Source: a virus
Lineage: Duplodnaviria; Caudoviricetes
IMG/VR virus record: IMGVR_UViG_3300009008_000039
Location: 1-60,785 of that record
Direction: 5' to 3' (one strand)
DNA: 60,785 bases
Below the pieces are notes generated by a model. That model saw nothing but the letters and a program-made list of their open reading frames with translations, was not told the DNA's origin and did not search any database. Every line of letters starts with the position of its first letter. Positions within the stretch are counted from its first letter, which is position 1. The position numbers and the translations under genes are program-made. Below are positions 34,682 to 41,941 of the stretch, piece after piece.

Positions 34682-35642
34682 GTGCAATCTTATTGAAATG
34701 CTGAAAGAGGTCAATAAAGTTGATCTCGCCAAAACCATCTTGCATCATCATCTTAATCAACCCTGTTTTGTTGAATGACTGATCCGGGTCTTCGAGCGTC
34801 TCATTAATCAAGAATTTTGCATCAATTGTTAACATTGGTGCATAAAGCTGCATCATCTTATAATTGTTGCGAAGGTCAGCTTCATGGTCAAGTACACTCT
34901 GGAATGCCTTTATCTTGGTTTCTTGTATCATACCCCTGCAGTGAATCTTGACATCACCAAATGTAGCCTGTGTATCTTCCTTGAGAAAAGGAAAACGCTT
35001 TGAGACAGTCTTGAGACCCATGCCGGGGATCCCCTCAATGTTGTCCGACTTATCGCCTGCCATGGCGCGCGCAATCGCAAAGTTATTCGGGTGAATGTTG
35101 AATTTTTCTATTATATTGTTTTTATTTAAGATTTCTTTTTGTATTGGCCTGTACAAGATAGTTTTGTCGTCCAATAGCTGAAAGAAGTCTTTGTCGCTTG
35201 AAAGAATTATCTTTTGGTAGTCTTCTAGTTTTTTGTGCTTGGTGACATAAGCGATAATGTCATCGGCCTCGGTGGCATCAAACATAAATTGCACCACTGG
35301 TATTTGATTGTAGTAATCAACCAAGCGGGATTGCTGCCAGATCTTATTATCCATCTCTTGCTCTTCGGATAATGTTCGTACGGCGCGATTTAGGCGAATA
35401 GGCTTTCGCCCTGCCTTGTAGTCTTTTTTAAGGGCCTTTCTCTTCTGTGAACCTCCGGGCCCATCCCAGCATATGACAATCATGTCTGGTTTCGTCTCTC
35501 TAACCACTTTCTGCAAACTTTGTATACAACCGCGCAATCCCCCGATGGGCATACCATCAGTTGACAAGCTCGGGTTAACAATGTAGTTGCGAAAAAAGAG
35601 GTTAAGTTGGTCAACGACCAACACTCTCTTATCAGAACTCAA
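34668..35642 (-). CDS. 5'-3' exonuclease / flap endonuclease (T4 RNase H, Pol I N-domain type)
   Basis: VVD..NLFFR, WDG, YKAGR, EADDII, SSDKDF.QL, GDKSDNI.GIPG.G.KT. Confidence 0.93.
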   Translation of the reverse strand: MSSDKRVLVVDQLNLFFRNYIVNPSLSTDGMPIGGLRGCIQSLQKVVRETKPDMIVICWDGPGGSQKRKALKKDYKAGRKPIRLNRAVRTLSEEQEMDNKIWQQSRLVDYYNQIPVVQFMFDATEADDIIAYVTKHKKLEDYQKIILSSDKDFFQLLDDKTILYRPIQKEILNKNNIIEKFNIHPNNFAIARAMAGDKSDNIEGIPGMGLKTVSKRFPFLKEDTQATFGDVKIHCRGMIQETKIKAFQSVLDHEADLRNNYKMMQLYAPMLTIDAKFLINETLEDPDQSFNKTGLIKMMMQDGFGEINFIDLFQHFNKIALDNA

Positions 35643-35656
35643 TTTTTACCTCGCTA

Positions 35657-35992
35657 TTATTTGTTATAAATACGACTTACAACCTTACTAGCGCGATGGG
35701 GAATAAAAGAGTGCACTCCATCAATTTTTCTAGCTTCAATTGCCATCCTATTTAGCTGTTTTTCTAAAGTCGGCTCCATTTGGAAAAACTTAACCCTTAG
35801 TTGGGTCTTCTCCGTTGTCTCCGACACTGGCTGTGCTGGACCGATGACTGTGATGACTGTAATGCCACAAACACCTCTCAGGTTGTCTGTAACAATTGTC
35901 AATTTTTTGTCTCTGGATGACCGCATGACAACATCTGCTTCATATAGCGTGTCTTTAAAATATTCTCTGATCAAATCTTTGATGAGTTTCAT
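35657..35992 (-). CDS. Hypothetical protein, probably late/virion-internal
   Basis: MKLIKDLIRE N-terminus; CTATTTAT motif upstream. Confidence 0.65.
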   Translation of the reverse strand: MKLIKDLIREYFKDTLYEADVVMRSSRDKKLTIVTDNLRGVCGITVITVIGPAQPVSETTEKTQLRVKFFQMEPTLEKQLNRMAIEARKIDGVHSFIPHRASKVVSRIYNK

Positions 35993-36044
35993 TCTTATTC
36001 CTCCGCTATATAAATAGTTTTGTAGTTAAGTCATCACTTACTAT

Positions 36045-37172
36045 TCACTCAATATCGTAATAATCTTCAGCTTTTCCTTGTTTTTTCTCAAAACGCAAAA
36101 TAAGCTCTTCGTCCATTATCTGTAGCACTCTATTGCGGAAGTTCTCATTTTGCAAACGTTCTTTCCATTTAGTTGCTTGAAACTTCTCTGTAGTGCCGTC
36201 TTCATGTGTTAGCTCATACCAAGCACCAGATTGAGACACTGATTCTGACATCTTAATTGCCTCGAACCAACTCTCCTCGTCTTGGATTGTCACATCTCCA
36301 CCCCACAAGATCTTAAATGTACATTGGCGTCCTTGCGTGCCAAACCTACTCTTCTTAAGGGTAACTTTCACCTCAGATCCGATGCGGAAGCCATTGTCAT
36401 CTACAACAAATGATGCCTTAGATTTTCTTGATGTAAGCCACATTCTTAACGAATACGTGTATGGCAGCGATTTTCCGCCAGGTGTAAAATAGGGCGTTGT
36501 CATCGCTTCCGCGACGTTGTTAGTGATGTTAGTTTTTAGTTGGTTCAACACCAACAAGGTAGATTGTGTGTTCGCAATGGGCTGTGTCAATTTTTGCACA
36601 CCCTTTGACAAAATTCTAGGCTTCACGGCCATTGAGGACTGTGGGTTGAAATCTCCTGCAATATCAGTCTCGCAAGGCGTTTGAGCAACTGAATCCCAAA
36701 TAAACAACATAGAATTCGTATTTGTGCCCAGCATCTCTTCTATCGTTTCAAGCACAGTCTCGACACTGTGCGCCTGCATGTACATAAACCAGCCATGGCC
36801 ACTTGGAGGGTCATCTCCCAAACAGCAACCAACACCCTCCAAGAAGCTGCTATCAATGGCTGATTCTGCATCAAAATATACGACGTCGATTCCCATCTTC
36901 TGGGCGTTGGCTGCGATCTGTGCGGCCATGTATGATTTGCCGGTACTCTCAAGGCCAGCTAATTCCACTACCTTCCCTACCGGGACACCGCCTCGTTTGC
37001 CTTTACAGATGATGTTATCCAGCCATCTTGAGCCAGTCGGGATCCAACGACGCACATCAGTCGGATTATCCTCAGAAAGAGAAAAAGCCATCTCTGTTCC
37101 TGCTTTCTTGTTAATCAGGTCCCTCATCTCCTTGAGATTGAGTCTTCCTAGCTTTTTCGCTTTCTTCGCCAT
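36045..37172 (-). CDS. recA: RecA/UvsX recombinase
   Basis: IPTGS, GLESTGKS, DAESAID, IWDSVA, LNQLK, TPGG. Confidence 0.93.
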   Translation of the reverse strand: MAKKAKKLGRLNLKEMRDLINKKAGTEMAFSLSEDNPTDVRRWIPTGSRWLDNIICKGKRGGVPVGKVVELAGLESTGKSYMAAQIAANAQKMGIDVVYFDAESAIDSSFLEGVGCCLGDDPPSGHGWFMYMQAHSVETVLETIEEMLGTNTNSMLFIWDSVAQTPCETDIAGDFNPQSSMAVKPRILSKGVQKLTQPIANTQSTLLVLNQLKTNITNNVAEAMTTPYFTPGGKSLPYTYSLRMWLTSRKSKASFVVDDNGFRIGSEVKVTLKKSRFGTQGRQCTFKILWGGDVTIQDEESWFEAIKMSESVSQSGAWYELTHEDGTTEKFQATKWKERLQNENFRNRVLQIMDEELILRFEKKQGKAEDYYDIE

Positions 37173-37197
37173 AATAATTCCTCGTATGTATGTTAAT

Positions 37198-37230
37198 GAG
37201 GCACCTGTAATCCCGTGCCTCCCTGCGGAT
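37198..37230 (-). ncRNA. Structured intergenic RNA motif, copy A
   Basis: AU-CCGCAGG-GAGGCAC-GGGAUUACAG-GUGCCUC; second copy at 37731-37762 with covarying stem. Confidence 0.6.
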
Positions 37231-37237
37231 GGGAGAC

Positions 37238-37696
37238 TTACTCCACTGTTACTGTGCCGATGTCAGTCTCTACAGTAACATTCCATCCATAGAATATACC
37301 AGAACACGCAGACAGTATATCGCCAACAGTTGTTGGTACATTTGCTTCCAATGTCAAATAGCCGCGCTTGTAATCATACATCTCTGTGTGGTGCTCAATA
37401 AACTCCATGTCATAGAAGTTTTCTGTCAAGACATCAGCGACAAATGTATCAAATCCTGAGTAATCTCTCGGGTACTCCTCCAGATAGTCGCTCTCACGCA
37501 ACTCATCAATTACCTCGTTTTTAAACGTAGGGTCAGTCACCAGTGTTGCAACATGCTCTGCTATGCCTGTCTCTTGTAGGGCCATATCCACATAATCATC
37601 GTGTACATGTACAACGTCAGTGCCAGATGAGTGCTTCAAAACAACCTGCGTATCGGCAGGCAAATTCATTTTTCGCAATTTATCTTCAAATGTCAT
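37238..37696 (-). CDS. Acidic hypothetical protein flanked by the twin RNA motifs
   Basis: 152-aa ORF, AAGGGA SD. Confidence 0.7.
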   Translation of the reverse strand: MTFEDKLRKMNLPADTQVVLKHSSGTDVVHVHDDYVDMALQETGIAEHVATLVTDPTFKNEVIDELRESDYLEEYPRDYSGFDTFVADVLTENFYDMEFIEHHTEMYDYKRGYLTLEANVPTTVGDILSACSGIFYGWNVTVETDIGTVTVE

Positions 37697-37730
37697 TTTT
37701 TTCCCTTTAAAGTTGTATTGAAGTAAAAAT

Positions 37731-37762
37731 AAGGCCCCTGTGCCCCGGGCCTTCCTGCGGGA
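37731..37762 (-). ncRNA. Structured intergenic RNA motif, copy B
   Basis: UC-CCGCAGG-AAGGCCC-GGGGCACAG-GGGCCUU-AUUUUU. Confidence 0.6.
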
Positions 37763-37766
37763 TCAA

Positions 37767-38516
37767 CTAAGAGGCTAGAAGCTCCTCGAAAGCACGATCA
37801 ACGGAATTAGTGGGGGACTCCGCGTTGTACTTTGTTGACTCAGACGAAACGTCCTCTGCATCGTCTTCCCCCAGTAGGAACTCATCAAGCATGGCTTGAA
37901 TCTCCTCCGGAGTCTTACGTGCAGATTCAAAAACCTCAGAAAAGTCTGGAATAGCTTCCAGAAGATCTGCGGTCTCCATTTCACCCGCAGCCGGCGAGGG
38001 CTTACGTCGGGGCGTAATGGTGGTTTGAGGGAACTGCGCCCCGACAGGCTTGCCATAGTTGATGACTAGATCCGTACCTTCGTTGACATCAGTGATATCT
38101 CCGTACTCAGGATTGAGAACTAGGTTCAAGAGGTCCTTATAGGCCATCTTGCCGTAGCCCCAAAGACGCACACCCTTGTCCTCCTCGCCCCTAACAATAA
38201 CAGGGGAGAAGAAGCGCTGGCGCGCGCTAAGGTTCTTGGCCATCTTAACACTCTCCTCGCTCCGCTCATTGTAGAGCTGGCGAATGAAGTCGTTAAGAGG
38301 ATCCTCCTCGCCGAAGTTCTTCTTCGGGCTAAGGAACCCAGGATTCTTTCCTAGGTTATAGTGGAACCAGTACTCCTTAAACGGGTCACCGTCTGATGTC
38401 GGAAGGAGACGAATTGTGGTTTCTCCGTCTTCCGGTCGCCAAAAGATGCTCGGACCGTTTCCACGATTTTCTAGAGCATCGCGTTTTGCTTTCATTTTTT
38501 CTAAATCAATTCCCAT
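37767..38516 (-). CDS. Single-stranded DNA-binding protein (T4 gp32-like)
   Basis: FWRP..G...IRLLP, WFHY, V..W.YGK, YGDITD..EG.D, acidic tail ending AFEELLAS. Confidence 0.8.
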   Translation of the reverse strand: MGIDLEKMKAKRDALENRGNGPSIFWRPEDGETTIRLLPTSDGDPFKEYWFHYNLGKNPGFLSPKKNFGEEDPLNDFIRQLYNERSEESVKMAKNLSARQRFFSPVIVRGEEDKGVRLWGYGKMAYKDLLNLVLNPEYGDITDVNEGTDLVINYGKPVGAQFPQTTITPRRKPSPAAGEMETADLLEAIPDFSEVFESARKTPEEIQAMLDEFLLGEDDAEDVSSESTKYNAESPTNSVDRAFEELLAS

Positions 38517-38533
38517 AACTTTTTCTCCTTGTG

Positions 38534-38570
38534 CATTAAGCTATAGTACGGTCAGCTAATGTTCCGACCG
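38534..38570 (-). promoter_or_regulatory. H-type pseudoknot in ssb leader (gene-32-like translational operator candidate)
   Basis: S1 CGGUCGG/CUGACCG, S2 CAUUAG/UUAAUG, ending 3 nt before AAGGAG. Confidence 0.6.
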
Positions 38571-38579
38571 CCTAAGAAT

Positions 38580-38607
38580 AAGATAACAACATTTTTCTAA
38601 AAGTTAA
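38580..38607 (-). promoter_or_regulatory. Sigma70-type promoter for ssb operon
   Basis: TTAACT-N16-TATCTT. Confidence 0.45.
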
Positions 38608-39437
38608 ATCTTTTCTTCCTGTACAAAAGAAGCATAGTGTATTGTGTACGCATAATCTTGTTCATAAGATGTTGAATATATAGCGAAACACGTGCTACAC
38701 TCCTCTGTTGATCTTTCTTTAAGATAGGATCTTATTTCTGTGAGTAAACTCTTTTTTTCATTTAATGTATTTTCTGATATTCCGAAAAAATATTTTTTTA
38801 AGCGCGGAAAGCGTAAATCGTAAAATGGCTTCTCATCAAGATTCTCAACGGCTACGACACCGAGTGTGCAGATCCTACTTGTTGTGCCAGGTGACGAAAG
38901 CGTACTCAACAAAGGCTCTGTGTTGTTGAAGATATTAATCATGTGATGTGTGCTGGCTATGACGTTGTTTATTTCGTCCCAATAAGACGCTATAGATATG
39001 TCGCCCACGACACCCTCAATGAGTGCGTTGTCTACTATGATCATATTGGCTAACTTACCAGATCTTGCATACTGTTGCAATACGCCGAATACTATCTTCT
39101 CTTGCATCACCACTTCTTTAGGGGACGTCGACAAATCTGGCTTTATATACATCACTGTCATCTCGCGAGTCTTTAACTGCTCTAACAGGCGCAAAATAAT
39201 CCCTGAAATCTTACTTGCTCCGGAGAGGATCAACGTCGTGTGTTCCTTATTTATCAACCTAGTGTTTATCTTCTTATAGTTTGCCTCATACTCCTCGTGG
39301 CTGGATTGTGGCTCAACCTTGAAGAGCTTTCTATAATTGTTGTCGTCTGTGTCGACAGAAAATACCTTATATTGGGGCATTTTTTCGAACTTGGCCGCCA
39401 CGGCGCATCCTGCTTGCCCTACACCGATTATATTCAT
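38604..39437 (-). CDS. Degenerate tubulin/FtsZ-superfamily protein
   Basis: IIGVGQAGCAVA (T1), SVDTD (T2), IIVDN; GGGTG signature replaced by SGASKISG. Confidence 0.65.
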   Translation of the reverse strand: MNIIGVGQAGCAVAAKFEKMPQYKVFSVDTDDNNYRKLFKVEPQSSHEEYEANYKKINTRLINKEHTTLILSGASKISGIILRLLEQLKTREMTVMYIKPDLSTSPKEVVMQEKIVFGVLQQYARSGKLANMIIVDNALIEGVVGDISIASYWDEINNVIASTHHMINIFNNTEPLLSTLSSPGTTSRICTLGVVAVENLDEKPFYDLRFPRLKKYFFGISENTLNEKKSLLTEIRSYLKERSTEECSTCFAIYSTSYEQDYAYTIHYASFVQEEKI

Positions 39438-40609
39438 TTTATCTTTCTCATGTTGCCAAAATCTTTGCCCATGCTAAGATTCGTTCTTAATTGACCAAAC
39501 CTAGTATCAGCGAATTCACTGATCAGGTGGCGTAACGTGTCCTTATCCTCGTGTGACATATCAACAACAACGCTATCATGGATGCAAAAACTGATATATG
39601 ACCTCTTCCCAGCCAATATTTTATCAAGTTTCATCGCCGCTGTTAACAGCATATCGCTCGAAGTGCTCTGTACCAGATAGTTGACAGCCTTGTCTTTATC
39701 AACAGGAATCGTTCGACCATACGGGGTCGTAACATGATTGCCGTCATAAAAGCGCTCATAAAGTTCATCGCGGTTTAGGTGTTTATTTAGCTTCTTATTC
39801 TTTGCATTGGGGTTGTAGAGCCATGAAAACACCTTCTTTTTTGTTTTTTCTCGATCAAGCTTGCCGTCAAATATGTTTTCATTGATCCAAACATGAAAAT
39901 CTTCTTTCGGCTGTTCTTGGCCTAAGAGACCCATAAGAACTCTCAATTCTGCAGAGTTAAAGTCCAGCTCAACAAAAAGATCGTTTTGCGGCTTTATTAT
40001 ACTTCGCAAGTCCTTACTTAGAGTGAGTATTGGAAAGCTACTTTTGTCAGTTGTAAGCCGACCTGTCACTGTCTTCCATGGATTATAGATAACATGGCGT
40101 TTTGTGACATCCACCTTGTTAAGGCCCACTTTCGTTTCGTCGCTCGTGGAATCAATCGCGGATATATCTATATTAACGGGTTTTGTTTCTATTTTCTTAA
40201 GAAAAAACACCAATTCTCTCAAAAAATCATAATTTTCGGGTCTTTTGTGGTTTTCGAAGACTGATTTTGTTATCTCGGTCTTAACCTCACAAAAGTCCAA
40301 TAAAAACTTCTCCGGGACGAGATCATAAAAACACACCTCGTCCAGATTAATTCTTGCATTGCGGAATGTACGTAAGAAAGTCTTTGCTCTCTTTTCAACA
40401 TGCTTTAGTCTATTCTGGTACTCTTCAGGACACGCGTCGGAAAGAGTCTTCCCTTGACACCAAATTTGGGCATATTCGACGTCCTTGTCTTCAAGATGCA
40501 TAGCCGGGGCCCATGTGTGAGTGCACAAATCATTGTGAGCGTCAATTAGCTCTCCGTTACAATATATTTTATAGCACTCCCTCTTGTTGTCCAACGACTG
40601 AAATATCAA
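39434..40609 (-). CDS. Compact family-A DNA polymerase-like protein
   Basis: TVTGRL, LDFNSAELRVL (motif A), R.KTK...F..LY (motif B), NYLVQSTSSD, IHDS (motif C). Confidence 0.85.
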   Translation of the reverse strand: MIFQSLDNKRECYKIYCNGELIDAHNDLCTHTWAPAMHLEDKDVEYAQIWCQGKTLSDACPEEYQNRLKHVEKRAKTFLRTFRNARINLDEVCFYDLVPEKFLLDFCEVKTEITKSVFENHKRPENYDFLRELVFFLKKIETKPVNIDISAIDSTSDETKVGLNKVDVTKRHVIYNPWKTVTGRLTTDKSSFPILTLSKDLRSIIKPQNDLFVELDFNSAELRVLMGLLGQEQPKEDFHVWINENIFDGKLDREKTKKKVFSWLYNPNAKNKKLNKHLNRDELYERFYDGNHVTTPYGRTIPVDKDKAVNYLVQSTSSDMLLTAAMKLDKILAGKRSYISFCIHDSVVVDMSHEDKDTLRHLISEFADTRFGQLRTNLSMGKDFGNMRKIK

Positions 40610-40616
40610 ATTTTCC

Positions 40617-41939
40617 TCATTTTATATTTTTTGTTGATGTAAGGGGGTAATCAACATTCAAGGGATTAATCGCGTTCTCTAAGCTGCGAGGCGCCCTTTT
40701 TTGATACTCTGCATCAGAGATACCATGCCAATAGTCACCTTTGTTAACAAAAGTAGTAACGGGAAGCCCTCTTGTCAACTCATTGACTCGTTTTATTCCA
40801 GCACTAAGGCTGAATATTCGCGACAGCCGTATAGTCTCCGTTGCGATTGCGGTGAAGTCATGTGGTGTGGTTTTTTGGCCGGTCTCTGCCAACCTCATTT
40901 TCAAGAGAACCTTAAGCCAATACTCGTTCTCCTCCGCAGTGTCTTGTATCGCAGGAGTTGGCTCTCGGTCTCTACGTATGCTCTTTACGCGCAGATCATA
41001 AGAATCTTGGTTTTCTGTGCACTTTATATAAGTTGGCGTCTCGTATGTACTAAACTGTAGATAGAATTGCTCGTAGAAAGAATATAGTTTATTTCTTACA
41101 TTAATGAGATCGTCTAGATATGATTTACGATAATATGTTTTAAACAAATTATCATAATTAACTGCAAAGTTGTCCATGTATTTTTGGGCGCCTGTGAGGG
41201 AGCCACTACCCCTCTTGTCCTCTAGGCCGGAGGCTACATTGTAGACTATGCGCCAGGGGGCGTTTTTATCAACCATAAAGCCGAACTTCTTGACTTCATT
41301 AACAAAAAACGTAAAATTGACGTCGTTTACGTATTTGAGGATATTAACATTATTCTCCACACCATGATTTTCTGGTGCGATCTCAAGCATCAAACCCGAT
41401 ATAAAAGGGGAGCAGTGATTTGATAAAATATATCCAGTCCGTGTAAAGGGAAAATATTTGGCTGTCCTCAAGAAGAAACGCAGGAACTCTTTTGTAAAGT
41501 CTTTAAAGTTCTTAATTCTTGAAGACCGGTGATCAATAGACAAATAAGAGTCAACAAAGGTGGTATATAACTTGTTTAGATAGTGGTTATAGCTGAATTC
41601 TAAGTCGCCAGTCGTCCAGGATTTCGCCACTCTAAGTTTTGATGGATAAGCCGATTCTCTGGAGATATAGCCCTTCTCTGCTGCTGATTTAATATTCCTC
41701 TGCAAGTCAGAAAAGGCCGAAGCGACAAAGTCAACAGCTAGCTGGTGGGCGCCCGTCAGAGAATCAACTTGGTCCAAATTGCTCTCATCCAAATAGATCG
41801 CATCGCCCTGCTTGTCTATTCTTCCGTATAAGAGATGTTTTTTTTCTAAGTCAAAAGTCTTAACTCCCGGAAATTGTGGATAAAAATCACTTAAGTTCTT
41901 CTTAGAGTTAAATATTGTTTCAACTACGTTCTGAGCCAC
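40617..41939 (-). CDS. Hypothetical protein, end of baseplate cluster
   Basis: 440-aa ORF tightly coupled to baseplate genes. Confidence 0.6.
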   Translation of the reverse strand: MAQNVVETIFNSKKNLSDFYPQFPGVKTFDLEKKHLLYGRIDKQGDAIYLDESNLDQVDSLTGAHQLAVDFVASAFSDLQRNIKSAAEKGYISRESAYPSKLRVAKSWTTGDLEFSYNHYLNKLYTTFVDSYLSIDHRSSRIKNFKDFTKEFLRFFLRTAKYFPFTRTGYILSNHCSPFISGLMLEIAPENHGVENNVNILKYVNDVNFTFFVNEVKKFGFMVDKNAPWRIVYNVASGLEDKRGSGSLTGAQKYMDNFAVNYDNLFKTYYRKSYLDDLINVRNKLYSFYEQFYLQFSTYETPTYIKCTENQDSYDLRVKSIRRDREPTPAIQDTAEENEYWLKVLLKMRLAETGQKTTPHDFTAIATETIRLSRIFSLSAGIKRVNELTRGLPVTTFVNKGDYWHGISDAEYQKRAPRSLENAINPLNVDYPLTSTKNIK

Positions 41940-41941
41940 CC

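Noticed and set aside
24214-37172. Inteins or introns in dnaE, nrdJ, helicase, recA
   Set aside because: Lengths are normal, motifs are contiguous and no intein or homing-endonuclease signatures were seen
37198-37762. Twin motif as HDV-like, twister, pistol or hammerhead ribozyme, or as SAM/SAH or preQ1 riboswitch
   Set aside because: Required core nucleotides and topology of those families were not found by eye on either strand
38604-39437. Evidence for a nucleus-forming (chimallin/PhuZ) phage
   Set aside because: The tubulin signature is degenerate, and no chimallin or multisubunit RNAP is recognisable in this window
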